Part shown: one piece after another, positions 15,201 to 26,917 of the stretch
Layout of the letters: every line of letters starts with the position of its first letter
How positions within the stretch are numbered: position 1 is the stretch's first letter
From: Oculina patagonica
Taxonomy: Eukaryota
DNA: 64,000 nucleotides
NCBI RefSeq assembly: GCF_052425735.1
Contig: NC_135762.1
Location: forward strand, 13,578,001-13,642,000
Direction: 5' to 3'
Translations under genes and position numbers: made by a program
Notes under the pieces: generated by a model
Told to the model about the DNA's origin: nothing
Databases searched by the model: none
Seen by the model: only the letters and a program-made list of their open reading frames with translations

Positions 15201-18200
15201 CATCCCTCATCTCAGATAGGATGGTCCTAGCGTTAGGGCCAAATGCAACCATCCACATGTAAACTAAAAGCTGAAAACATATGGCGGTCGGATGATCCTA
15301 GTACTAGGATGATCCTAGCACTAGGATCATTCCACTTTACATGAAAGGAGGATGATCCTTGTGCTAGGATTATCCTCTTTCCATGAAAATGGGCCCTTTT
15401 TAAAGCGATGTAGGGTTGGGTGCAAGAACTGATTGGAAGTTTTCATCTGACGTCTTTAAACTTTAAATCCTACAACGCTATTCTTTTCATATATTCTAGA
15501 CAAAAAGAACATAAACCCCTCTGCAAAATTTTGGTATTGACTGAGTGCTTCAATAAGAAGAAAAAAAAATTTCGAATTTGTGATGTCCCGAATGAAAATT
15601 TCTTAACTTTCGCAAAACGGATTATTTTATCACATTTTAAATTTTCAGACATGATAACAATTTAGAAGTGGTATCTGAAATGATTTTATAATTAACTGTT
15701 ACCGAACCCAAATTCGCAAGTAGCCAATCAGAAGCGCGATCTACTGTCCTGATATCCGACGATATCAAGTCACTGACCTGATATGCCACCATATCATGGT
15801 CACTTTGAAGTAAAGTAGTGTTACCGTACGATGAAATTGAAAAGAGGTTTTACCAATAAAACAGAAACTCGTAATTTAAATTTAGCTGGTGTTTACCGGT
15901 CGTAAAATGAGAAAAATTTTCCCGCCAAAACTAAACTTAAGCGCGCTCGGCATGTTTGCCGACGAGTACCGAAACATTCAGACTTAAACAATGGAGTCAA
16001 AGTTTCCAAATGTTTCGCTAATTTGGATTTTGAAAATTTAGAAAATGAAACTCCTGATTGGCTACAAGTAAAAAAAAATTTAGAAGAGGAACTTGATGAA
16101 AGTGTTAAAGACAAAAAAGTATCAATACAAGCAGCTCAACACAATTTACGCTACGATCGTGGCAAGCATGGCTTCAACAGAACGATTAATATTACCGGAT
16201 TTCTGGCTGAATTTGGGTACGGTAAATACCTAATCGTACCTTTTTGGTACGCTTTGGCGGCATATCAGACTCGTTTGGTCTCGCCATGGGTATTTTGGCT
16301 CGACTGCGTCTCGCCAAAATACGAACCATGGCTCGACCAAACTCGCCTGATATGCCGCCGAAGCGTACCAAAAAGGGACGATTAGGTATAAAAAGCGAAT
16401 AATATTAACGGTATAACCTACTTCACTGATTCTACAATTATATGCATGGCCGTCATATTTGTGTCCCCCAAAAACACACAAACATGGTGGTTGCATAATT
16501 AACCCCATTCAGACTGGGGAGGCTTTTGAGGCCCGCCCCAACTTTGAAGATTTGTAACTTCGAAACGACTATAGCTACAACCACCAAACTTGGCTAATTT
16601 TCCTAAACTCTTTTTGGCAACATTTTGAAACAAGTAGCACGTGACCGCGAACGATGATGTTGCCATGACAACAATTTTTGACAGCTTTGCAAAATTTGCA
16701 TTTCGGGTGTTTTAATCAGCATTATTTCTCTGTTTTATGATGACATTTGTAGTTTTATACTAAATTTAGAAACAGTTTAGTTTAGTTTATTTAATACAAA
16801 TTTGACGTAAATATTAACTTTAAAGTTCTAAATGTCCCCAGACAATTTTTCTCTGTAATTTTATTATTTCCTTATATTTTACCCATCGTGAAGCATAAAC
16901 TGGGATTACGGTATCACAACGTGTGTAAAATTACGATAATTTTGACATGTGTTTGATATCACCAATCACGTGCTGATAAATTTGCCATGTTTCAAGAGTA
17001 AATGAGGCAAAGTTTATCGATATTAAGTCGAAACATCTTCGCTTCTTCCTCGGCAATCTTCGGAAATTTTCGGAAATGTTTGGAAAATGTTCGGAAGCAT
17101 TCGTTTGAGCTTCGGACGACATTAATAATACATGGTTGCTTGGAGATATGACATTTCTCTTCTCGTCTTCAAATCGATATCGCACGAGTGAGATATCTAG
17201 TTAGACACTCGAAAAGAGATTTCACATCTACGCGCGCCCATGTATTATTCTCTATTTAATAAAGGAATTAAGTTTAACAGTCCACATACTTATTTACGTA
17301 CATACTGATTTTTACGTGTCTCTCTTTTCCTTCAGTCGAATGTCCCGCTGGTACCTACTACAACACGGACAGTCAAACCTGCGAGAACTGTCAGGACGGA
17401 ACATTCCAGAACCGTACAGGGCAATCATCCTGTGATCCATGCCCCGCGGGCACATGGACTGTGGGCGGTCATGCCAAGAACTTTACTGAGTGTTTTGGTA
17501 AGTTCATCTTTGTGAATGAGAGGCGCGATGGCCTAATGGTTAGCGCACTGCACTCCGGATCTAGCAATCAGGGTTCGGGCCCTGGCCGGGGTCATTGTGT
17601 GGTGTTCTTGGGCAATACACTTTACTCTTATAGCGCATACCTCTTTTCACCCAGGTGAATAAATGGGTACCGGTAAAATATTGCTGGTGGTAACTTTGGA
17701 TGGACTAGCATCTCATCCAGGGGGGGGGGGGGTAGTTAATATTCCTAGTTGCTTAATGCTACAGAAATCTGGATAAGCTCCGGCAAGTATGGGCCATTTG
17801 GCTCGACGCAAACTATACCTTTTTACCTATTTTTGTGAATGTGCAGATTTAGGTTGGCGTACTATTCCACCTTGATTACGGAACGTTCTGACTGAACCTC
17901 GATATTGAGATATTTTGAACACCGATTTCGATATCATTCACCTTTCAAAATCTTCTTAAATAATAAAAAGATCACTAAATGCTATTGAACAATCGCAAGC
18001 CCAACAGTTGTTAAATGTTTGCAACGTATTACGTTTGTTTCGCTAGAAAAATAACAATAAATAATGTAAATAATATATAATACACCTTATTATAGGAAAT
18101 TAACGATACATGTTATAAACGCGAATTTCAAAAATTCGCGTTAAGTTTATTGATGTTAGTTAATATAAACACGTTTACTATAGGCACTTAACCAGAACTT

Positions 18201-18500
18201 ATCTTAAATTCGCGTTAATTTTATTACGTTGCTAAAATGCCTCGTTATATTCCTATAATAAGGTATACTGACATCCATGGTGACAATCAGTCTTCTAGAA
18301 TTTTCTATGCATTAATTTTTTTTCCAGAAATCTGCGAGCCAGGCGAGTACACAATGCAGGAAGAATCTGGAGTTATTAACTGTTTGATGTGTCCAATTGG
18401 AACTTATCAACCGAAATTCCGCGCCACCAAATGTGAGGCTTGCCCTCCTGGCACCACCACGGCACAGAAAGCTTCAACTTCCATCAACAACTGCCAGTAG
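3257..18500 (+). CDS. Secreted SVEP1-like extracellular matrix protein (SP - 3x TSP1-like - sushi - 2x HYR - sushi - furin/SEA-like linker - GCC2/GCC3 repeats), 11 coding exons, 819 aa
   Basis: Manually spliced GT-AG exons: 3257-3530, 7088-7282, 8198-8398, 8971-9168, 9535-9786, 10404-10655, 12889-13140, 13589-13907, 14821-15002, 17336-17497, 18328-18500. Total 2460 nt, phases all compatible, no internal stop. Hydrophobic N-terminus MALARVLTVLVLANTFNVVSS. WSGW/WSSW..C..QxRxR TSR motifs. Sushi CPALSNPAHG...CLASGQWS. HYR DVRPPTITCP...YTATDAAGLTATC and DKERPRVASCP...YEASDSAGNKATC. CPAGTY/CPIGTYQ..C..CPPGTTT repeats. Confidence 0.9.
4554..4767. mobile_element. TA-flanked MITE (Tc1/mariner-like)
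   Basis: Terminal inverted repeats taccttattgttactt ... aagtaaccataaggta, with internal ttcgcga repeats. Confidence 0.6.
6853..7033. mobile_element. MITE with TAG...CTA ends
   Basis: Inverted ends tagaacctttttaccgat ... atcagtaaaaaggtgcta. Confidence 0.55.
8735..8852 (+). repeat. (CTT)n microsatellite
   Basis: Long CTT run with degenerate flanks. Confidence 0.95.
9848..10110 (+). mobile_element. tRNA-derived CORE-type SINE, degenerate
   Basis: CORE-like gttgtgttcttgggcaagacgcttt; same family as 17518-17830. Confidence 0.7.
10695..11160 (+). repeat. 28-bp minisatellite, ~16.5 copies
   Basis: Unit cacttcaagcacagaatattattattaa repeated head-to-tail with few variants. Confidence 0.95.
11200..11705 (+). 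repeat. 169-bp tandem repeat, 3 copies
   Basis: attgaccaaggagcagctacagg starts at 11201, 11370 and 11539; copies near-identical. Confidence 0.95.
12190..12585 (+). mobile_element. Penelope-like retroelement fragment (GIY-YIG endonuclease), decayed
   Basis: AGIVYKVKCHDCPLTYIGESKRSWSSRGAEH...SSIK*HAKSTEHNTHPKDAQILERG, with an in-frame stop. Confidence 0.85.
14010..14300 (+). mobile_element. RTE-like LINE 3' end fragment
   Basis: DRPSWRSAVH..., then a frameshift, then RKERQ...CPVCQRVCSSRIGLHSHRRT; this C2H2 finger is typical of the RTE-clade ORF2 C-terminus. Confidence 0.7.
14305..14720. mobile_element. Two tail-to-tail CORE-SINE copies (+ 3' fragment 14305-14412; - copy 14433-14720)
   Basis: Both match the SINE at 17518-17830 (gctacagaaaccaggataagctcc...gggccactaggctcgacgcaga and its reverse complement). 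Confidence 0.7.
15011..15396. mobile_element. Near-perfect 386-bp palindromic MITE (PIF/Harbinger-like)
   Basis: gggcccatttacatggaaagaggat ... atcctctttccatgaaaatgggccc, ~180-bp arms, internal ctaggatcatcc repeats. Confidence 0.85.
15699..16225. mobile_element. MITE with short TIRs
   Basis: ttaccgaacccaaattc ... gaatttgggtacggtaa. Confidence 0.6.
16226..16389. mobile_element. Palindromic MITE
   Basis: atacctaatcgtacctttttggtacgc ... gcgtaccaaaaagggacgattaggtat. Explains the mirror-image ORFs 16023+ and 16508-. Confidence 0.75.
16930..17258 (+). repeat. Dispersed repeat, second copy at ~27640-28000
   Basis: Shared blocks tttgccatgtttcaa, cctcggcaatctt, aataatacatggtt, cactcgaa..atttca.atct.cgc. 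Confidence 0.65.
17518..17830 (+). mobile_element. tRNA-derived CORE-type SINE, near full length
   Basis: A-box-like tggcctaatggtt, B-box-like ggttcgggccc, CORE tgtggtgttcttgggcaatacacttt, tacctttt tail. Confidence 0.8.
18084..18264. mobile_element. MITE (accttattataggaaattaac family)
   Basis: TIRs accttattataggaa ... ttcctataataaggt; relatives at 30175-30689 and 57323-57365. Confidence 0.7.
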
Positions 18501-18948
18501 GCGACTGGTAAGAAACACAGCGCATTTTATTCGCATATTTTTTTGTATTTCTCGAAAAATTAAGAGTGATCAGCCGTGGAATGAGATTAAGCCCGCAAAC
18601 ATTTATCGATTTACATTCCTCCCTTTCTCAGTCAATAGAAGAAGCGACATTTTCGACAAGTCTTTGTTGCAGCACTCGAAAGGCTTTTAGTCATTAGCCT
18701 GCTTTTGTGACAAAGAGTTGTCTCTAGTAGGAGGATTGCCCTATCTCTGAAGCCATCTTTTACTGTGCGTTTATAACTAAACATTGGCCCTTCAGGTCTC
18801 ACGCATGCTCTGAACGACCAGTCGTCCCAGGTAGGTGCGTCAACCTTCAAAGAGCGTGACCATCCACCCAGGATCACCCTGTATGCGTGAACTTTGTACT
18901 GTCCAAATTCCTAAATTAAATATTAATACGTTAATATTTTTAGATGCA

Positions 18949-19228
18949 TAGACTGTTCACAGTCCCCTTTTTTTCGGGAAGTCGTAGAGATTGATCGTTG
19001 AGTTCAAAGAGCGCCATCTTGGTTCCTGAACACGACCGAAAACTGGGGAGAGTGCAAAATTGTCCGTGAGTAGGGTTGTGGGGGCGCATTCCTACCCACA
19101 TCCCTACCGACAGGCTTTTTGTACTCTCCCCAGCTTCCGCTCCAATCACGGACCATTATGGCGCCCGCCGAACCTCCACGATTGATCTCTTCGACTTCAC
19201 GGAAAAATAGGGGACTGTGAACAGTCTA
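18949..19228. mobile_element. MITE with TAG...CTA termini (Academ-like); internally deleted copy at ~20722-20967
   Basis: tagactgttcacagtcccc ... ggggactgtgaacagtcta. Confidence 0.75.
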
Positions 19229-19367
19229 TATTAGATGAAAGGCGCCTCTGAATCTCTGGATACCAGCCTACGAGTTGAATGGGCTACCCTAGCCTGCATC
19301 AAATAAAGTTTTACTATACTTACTTACTAATTATATAACACTGGTGTATTTTCTCTTTCTTTTTCAG

Positions 19368-19530
19368 GATCGCGTTTGAAGTCATACAGAACTTCGATCC
19401 AAGTTTCTGAATTAGGATGCATGCTTTATTAGATTTTGGGAGCTATTCTTAAAGTAGAAATAGCTGTAAATAGAATGTAGAACGAAACGGTGGAAATTGA
19501 ACTTGTCAATAAACACAATGACAAGCAAAA
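19368..19530 (+). other. Putative non-coding terminal exon (3'UTR) of the SVEP1-like gene; second copy at 21088-21250
   Basis: Donor G|GTAAGA at 18507/8, just after the stop. Polypyrimidine acceptor ttctctttctttttcag ends at 19367. AATAAA at 19508-19513. Confidence 0.55.
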
Positions 19531-22086
19531 AAAGAAAGTGTGTTTTATATGTGCCTAGTAAGAACTTTATTTACTAAGAATCAGCCTTTTGCAACAAACG
19601 GTCTTATGGTACAAAATCCGCCACTGATTACTGAATAACAAAAAGAGGCGACGGCCTCCAAACCAAAACGACTTCACTCGACGACTTATGCTTGATGTTT
19701 CATCATGTTCTAGTGGGTCTGAGTTTCCATCTAGCCGGCATGGTGGACTTTATAAATGTCACCGTTGCAATAGGCTCAATGAAGAGAACACAAGCAGCTG
19801 GGGCGGAAGCAGTTACTTTTAAAAGGTCAACGGACATATTATTACCAGACATAAGCTAGCAAAACTCCTACCCGCTAAAGGCCGGATAAGCTACAAAATG
19901 GACAGAACGAAGATACACAAAAACTTTGCCAACTGAGACAAACTGCATGGAAAATATCACGGAGAGCTTTAACGGGAAATTATTTCAGTAGTCCTAGCCT
20001 GTGTGCATCCCTTTATTTCTCACGGCGACTTAAACAAAAATAACTATAACCGGTGACTGTCATTAAAAAGCAAAGTAAGCAAAAACCCGATTTTAATAAA
20101 TTTTACTTCACTTATCTGATTGAATTATATTAATTAATTAAAGAGAAAATACACAGATATCCAGTTCAGTCGTTTTGATTGGCTAGACCATCCTACACGA
20201 GTTTCATGAAACACTTATAGCACCCAGCAACCTTAAAAACAAAAAGAAAACATTTGATTACTTCCCACGGTCGATTGGAAAAGCGCTCTAGTCCTGTACT
20301 TGGCCCATGATCATAAAATAACGCTTTAGTGCACTTCTTCAGTAGAACTTCGGTTTTCTTCAGAAACTAAGGTAAGTACACTGTTTCTTTTCTATAAGAA
20401 TATATTTTGGAAAGAAATTATGGCCGAAATTTGCGAAATTTTAAAAATATTTTATGATAAACCCGAGGCTAAGATTTTGAAAAGAATTACTGACTAATTA
20501 AAACTGTATAAAATTATTCCTTTCTCCAAGGCAAAACCAGCCAAAAACAACAAAAGTAGCACTAGCTGGTATGTTTGATGCTATTTCTGCAAGCAGTTAA
20601 ATTCCATACACTTGTCTTTCATACCCCAAATGCATTCTAAAATGCATTCGCAAATGCATTCGCAAATTTTGTGCTATCCCAATTCCCAAATTAAATATTA
20701 ATACGTTAAATTTTTAGATGTATAGACTGTTCACAGTCCCCGACGACGGGCCGCCATCTTGGTTCCTAAACCGAGTGAAAACTGGGGAGAGTGCAAAATG
20801 TCCGTGAGTAAGGTTGTGGGGGCGCATCCCTACCCACATCCCTACCGACAGGCTTTTTGTACTCTCCCCAGCTTCCGCTCCAATCAGGGACCATTATGGC
20901 GCCCGTCGAACCTCCACGATTGATCTCTACGACTTCACGGAAAAATAGGGGACTGTGAACAGTCTATTAGATGAAAGGCCCCTCTGGATCTCTGGATACC
21001 AGCCTACGAGTTGAATGGGCTACCATGCATCAAAGAAAGGTTTCAATATACTTACTTACACTGGTGTATTTTCTCTTTCTTTTTCAGGATCGCTTTTGAA
21101 GTCATATAGAACTTCGATCCAAGTTTCTGAATTAGGATGCATGCTTTATTAGATTTTGGGAGCTATTCTTAAAGTAGAAATAGCTGTAAATAGAATGTAG
21201 AACGAAACGGTGGAAATTGAACTTGTCAATAAACACAATGACAAGCAAAAAAAGAAAGTGTGTTTTATATGTGCCTAGTAAGAACTTTATTTACTAAGAA
21301 TCAGCCTTTTGCAACAAACGGTCTTATGCTACAAAATCCGCCACTGATTACTGAATAACAAAAAGAGGCGACGGCCTCCAAACCAAAACGACTTCACTCG
21401 ACGACTTATGCTTGATGTTTCATAATGTTCTAGTGGGTCTGAGTTTCCATCTAGCCGGCATGGTGGACTTTATAAATGTCACCGTTGCAATAGGCTCAAT
21501 GAAGAGAACACAAGCAGCTGGGGCGGAAGCAGTTACTTTTAAATGGTCAACAGACATATTATTACCAGACATGAGCTAGCAAAACTCCTACCCGCTAAAA
21601 GCCGGATAAGCTACAAAATGGACAGAACGAAGATACACAGAACCTTTGCCAACTGAGACAAACTGCATGGAAAATATCACGAAGAACTTTAAGGGGAAAT
21701 TATTTCAGTAGTCCTAGCCTGTGTGCATCCCTTCATTACTCGCGGCGAGTTAAACAAAAATAACTATAACCGGTGACTGTCATTAAAAAGCAAAGTAAGC
21801 AAAAACCCGATTTTAATAAATTTTACTTCACTGATCTGATTGAATTAATTGAAGAGAAAATACACAGATATCCAGTTCAGTCGTTTTGATTGGTTAGAAC
21901 ATCCTACACGAGTTTCATGAAACACTTATAGCGCCCAGCAACCATAAAACAAAAAGAAAACATTTGATTACTTCCCACGATCGTTTGGAAAAGCGCTCTA
22001 GTCCTGTACTTGGCCCATGATTATAAAATAACGCTTTGGTGCACTTCTTCAGTAGAACTTCGGTTTTCTTCAGAAACTAAGGTAAG

Positions 22087-22168
22087 TACACTGTTTCTTT
22101 TCTATAAGAATATATTTTGGAAGAACATCGAGGCTGAAATTTGCGAAATTTTAAGAATATTTTAAGAA

Positions 22169-22210
<42 letters not shown>

Positions 22211-22577
22211 GTTTAAAATTTGAAATACAATACAATTAAATGCTTTCAACAGAACTGTATAAAATTCTTTTTTTTCTCCAAAGCAAAACTAGCCAAAAAA
22301 CAACAACAAAAGCAGCACTAGGGTATGTTTGATGCTATTTCTGCAAGAAGTTATACATCATACATACATACATACATACTTTATTGACTTTCCCCCTAGA
22401 GGCTTTTCAAAGATCATGCACTTGTGTTTCATACCCCAATACATTCTAAAACTGAAATGTCATACGCCCTAATCTAAGGATATTCACAAGAATATTTCCA
22501 GCCTAAAATTGGCAGAAAAATGAGAATATTCTGCCTGGACCGAAAAACAATATTCTTATAGATAAAAATGAGTGTAG
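22087..22577. mobile_element. MITE complete in duplication copy 2, truncated in copy 1
   Basis: tacactgtttcttttctataagaatat ... atattcttatagataaaaatgagtgta. Confidence 0.6.
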
Positions 22578-22894
22578 TTCACTTCGGCTCTCAGAAAGAC
22601 ACCACCCAGCACCTCTGTCACATTTCATGTGAGCTTTTAATTATTTTTTTGAAATGTGACGTTTATGAACGATCTTTTCATTTTCATTAGAGCTTTTGTT
22701 AATTTTGATGCATTTTCCTGCCTCAAAATTGAAGTTATTAGGTAGGGATATGCATTTCTTAGGATAAACTTAGAAACTTGATTTGAATAGGCGTTCGCCC
22801 TAAATTACAGACATAACAGATAACTCATCCAAGCAGGTAGTTCTTCACCCTAAATTTTTTTTAGTATATTAAATTAATTTTAATTTATATTGCG

Positions 22895-22898
<4 letters not shown>

Positions 22899-22953
<55 letters not shown>

Positions 22954-23210
22954 AATCAATTTATATAGCGCATTTTTCATATGAAATGTTCAAATGCGCT
23001 GTACATATACTGTATTTTTTTTTACTACACAAAGGCCAGACCACAACACCGGGAACTTCGTGCCCTACTCTTTGCGAAAAGTGTGTGGGTTCTTTAACGT
23101 CCCTTGTTATAAGACTGAAGATACAGGAGACGGGACCTACGGTTTATCGTCCTTTTCCGAGAAGACTAGAATGTCTAACCATTTGCAGATGTAATTACAA
23201 AGGCAGCACA

Positions 23211-23251
<41 letters not shown>

Positions 23252-23321
23252 TGGGGTTCGAACCCACGACCTCCCGCACAGCAGTCCGGCGCTCTACCAA
23301 CTGAGCCAACCAGGCGGCGGT
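22899..23321 (-). mobile_element. tRNA-derived SINE with L2-like 3' end and (ATC)n tail
   Basis: Minus strand: A box TGGCTCAGTTGG, B box GGTTCGAACCC, 3' gcgctatataaat, then the (GAT)n run at 22899-22953 on the + strand. Confidence 0.8.
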
Positions 23322-24039
23322 TTTTACTGAGAAGACTAGACATCTAAACACAATTTTTTTATATAGTACTTTACCACTTTTTTTCAAAAGTTGCTAAAGT
23401 GTGAAACCCGATTATTTATACGCTAGAGTTTCAGAGTGTGTTTCACGAATCGTAGTACGAACGCTGCTTGCTTTTGTATTAACCCTCGGACTCACAAGGG
23501 GAGCGTGTGTGTGGGGGGAGGGGGTTGGAAGTCACCCCCTTTGAGGTTCTTTTAAAAATTTTGCAAAGAGGAATTACTCTATAATGCTGAAACTTTTAGC
23601 AACTGTTCATTCTTTCCAAGCAAACATTTTGATATGTAAAACATGTTTCTATGATATTTGACGTTGCCATGAGAACGGCTTAATTACAAGCAGGTCAAGC
23701 CCAAAATCGTCATTTTCAACATTTTTCTTTAATTTTTTCAGTTTTTTTTATATTCCATAAGCATTCTGGCTTGATTTTGCATCAATTTTCTAAGGGCTTT
23801 CTACTCAGTGCAAAACAATTTCGCTGCATCTTAATAGAACGAAAGCCCTGAGGAGGGGCACCATTGAAACCTCAATCCCCCACCCCCCCCCCCTGTACTA
23901 CGTTGGTAGTACGAAGCTAAACCCCGTTAGATTTGCACGGATTTTAGCTGCCTTCAGAGTTTTTCCGTGCATTAATCACAAGATCAACTAAATCAAAGAT
24001 TTTGAAAATATTTCGTTCAAATCGAACATGTCGAACTTT

Positions 24040-24511
24040 GTTGAACCCTCAAATGTGATAAATGCCCCTAAATGTAATATAGGTCCTAAGTGTAATAACG
24101 CGTGATCCTAAATGTAATAAAGGTCCTAAGTGTAATTACTTTTGGTCCTAAATGTAATAAAGATCCTAAGTGTAACAACTTTCGGCCCTCTGTAGTGTAA
24201 TAAAAGTTCGGCTTAACATGAAATCGTGCACGGTGCTTTTCTATACAAAAGCAAGGAAGTAAAAATGTATCATAGGGATCCAAACTATGATCTTCCTTCA
24301 ACAAACAGTTCCCATTTGCCTTAAAGCATGTGCCAAAATTTACTTTATTTTGCCGATGTCTTATTAGACATGGACCAACAGCAATAGAAGGTGATAAGTA
24401 ACAACAGATCCTTCATTACACTACAGACCTTTATTACATTAAGGGCTGAAAGTTGTTACCCATAGGACCTTTATTACATTTAGGGACATTTATTACATTT
24501 GAGACGTCAAC
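24040..24511. mobile_element. MITE with internal subterminal repeats
   Basis: gttgaaccctcaaatgtgataaatg ... catttattacatttgagacgtcaac; repeated taaatgtaataaaggtcc. Confidence 0.65.
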
Positions 24512-24821
24512 AACTTTTAACTACGCACAGTTTAACTATAGCGGCGCTTGTCCACTGAGGAAAAGTCACTGACGCAGTTTCCGAAACTCCACTGATTTAT
24601 CTGTTCGTCGAAAAGAAATAAGGGAAATCTCTGTCAATTAGAACTCTCGGCAAATCCCGTAAATAATGTAAGTTTATTTTACCTGAAATCTTTTGTCTCA
24701 TTATATTCGTTTTCCTTATTTTGTAAAATGATTTTCACTAGAGTTTCACGTTATATTATGCTACGACAATAAAGAAGGTCTGACCCTGTATTGTCGTGTA
24801 ACCCGTGTAAATCTCTGTTTC

Positions 24822-25142
24822 GAACAATACATATATTTAGGCTCATCTAAATCCGAATGCTTTAGTACTTAATTTAGTTAAATTAAAAGGTTAGTCGAGA
24901 CGTGTGTGGCGTTTTATCCACCTTTCTGCGCCGTTAAGAAGCGTTATTCACTGAATCGCTTTCGACCGTTGGCTTAATATGTAAGAGGAGACGTATAACT
25001 AAGCTAAAGGAGATTCAGTCAGTGAAATAACGCTTTTAAAAGGCGCAGAAAGGCGGATAAAACGCCACACACGAGTCGACTAACACTTCATTTACCTTAC
25101 CTGAAATATTCGGATCGAGATGAGCTTAAATATGTATTGTTC
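24822..25142. mobile_element. Palindromic MITE
   Basis: Long inverted arms (gtggcgttttatccacctttctgcgcc / ggcgcagaaaggcggataaaacgccac). Confidence 0.7.
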
Positions 25143-25983
25143 AGTACTTTATTCGTATATTTTTATTAAAAAATTGTATAGTTCGTCGATCTCGTATAGT
25201 TCGTCGATCTCGTATATCAACAGATATTTTTAAATGGTGGCCTCCCTGTGGTGACCCTAGTCGACATGATAATGGCGGCATGTTGACTTGCATGCACGAG
25301 GGTTTCAAATGACTTTGTAACGTGCGAGGCGGAACACCCTGTGTGACCGAAAAAAGGGTTGTAGACAGTTAGTATGGCAATGTTTATACGTTTTACCAGC
25401 AGAGCACATGGACCCATTGGGGCCCTATTTTAAATATAATCCAGGTGAGAAGACAGTTCCATAGTATAGGTGAGGAGAAAGAACATAACTTTAACACAAC
25501 TTTAACATAACTTTACGGTGGTGGAAAGCTCTGGTAAAGCTGGCGCAAATGTGTAATTTAATCAGCTTTATGCTATCTTTACATCTTTTTAAAGCTCACC
25601 TTTATGCCAGCTTTCCAATCAAATAGAAAGGAAGATAAAGAGACACCTTTACACCAACATTAAATCACATTTATACACGGTAGCGTAAAGGTCGATTTAA
25701 CCACCTTTAACAACATTTAATTGATGGTGTAAAGTTGGATGACCAACTTTACACCAGATTTAACCACCTTAAAGTTCACGTAAATCCCAATTTTCATATT
25801 GTGGTTCACCGTATTGTGAAAAAAAAAATCCGCTCTGTGGGGGACAGGGTCAACAGAAAAACATGACAAAAGTCAGCACCGAAAAGTCGTATAAAAAAAT
25901 TGCATGACATATTCTCTCTTGCATTTTTCATTTGTGTTCGGCATCTTTAGAAGCTACGTAGGAAGTCACAAGACTGCTGATAA

Positions 25984-26884
25984 ATGGGTCGAGTTCATTA
26001 CTTTGTACTTCTGCTGTTGGTGCTGTATTATCCGTTACGTGTCAACCCTGGGCCCGTAAAGGATGGTGATATTACAAGTGACCTCACGACAGACACAGCT
26101 GATCCGTTCAACGCTGTGGATATGATTAACTTACACAGGTAAAAAACAGTTGGCAGACACTTTAATGCAGTGCCGTAGCAAGGGGAGGGGCCGGGGGGCG
26201 TGCCCCCCCCCCCCCGTTTTTCCCCAAAAAGTAAAAACAGACCTGTATAAAATGTTGAAAATAAAACTTTATCTCCAGAGAGGTTTAAAACAATAACATT
26301 TGTACTTCTTTTCATTTTTTAACGTACGTAGGGTGATGCACAACAATATTAAACAGCCAAAAACTAAAACAAACCAGAAATCATGACTCTGAAAGGTGAA
26401 ACATTTGCTGGTTTCAAGATACAGAGACAGTGACGTTGCAAGTGTTATACTCTCTTCAATGTGCATTGGTTTGCATTGGAATTCGCGATATGCGTAAATC
26501 ACAAATAGCCCTTGGAGAACACTGGAAGTAGCATTTCCAAGCCTCTAGATTTCAAAAATTTTTTGGGGGGAATGCCCCCAGACCCCCCTAGCGGCTCGTG
26601 CCTCCGGCGCTCGCTTGCCCCCCCCCCCCCCATTTATTTTACTCTTGCTACGGCACTGCAATGTCAGCTCATCTGAGCACCAGGTGTTATTTCAGTAGAC
26701 AACTAGCCTTCGAGCGAGTTGTTCTACTCTTTAGCTGCTTTACCGTGCTGACAAGTCAAGTTGTTACAGCTGTCCACGGTTGCATTTTGGCTATCGATCA
26801 GTTTGAGCTCTTTCATGCCGATGTCACTTTAAGTGTTCTGCGTAGTATCAGCCTTGCCTATTTCATCAGTGTAAGATCTCATTT

Positions 26885-26917
<33 letters not shown>

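Larger units (their letters stand above)
18903..22450 (+). repeat. Tandem segmental duplication, ~1.75-kb unit (copy 1 ~18903-20642, copy 2 ~20678-22450)
   Basis: Colinear near-identical sequence with scattered substitutions and small indels. Confidence 0.92.

Noticed and set aside
16023-16508. Similar peptides encoded on both strands
   Set aside because: Result of the palindromic MITE at 16226-16389.
23240-23321. tRNA-like sequence on the minus strand
   Set aside because: Has A and B boxes but no proper acceptor stem, and continues into a SINE body and tail.
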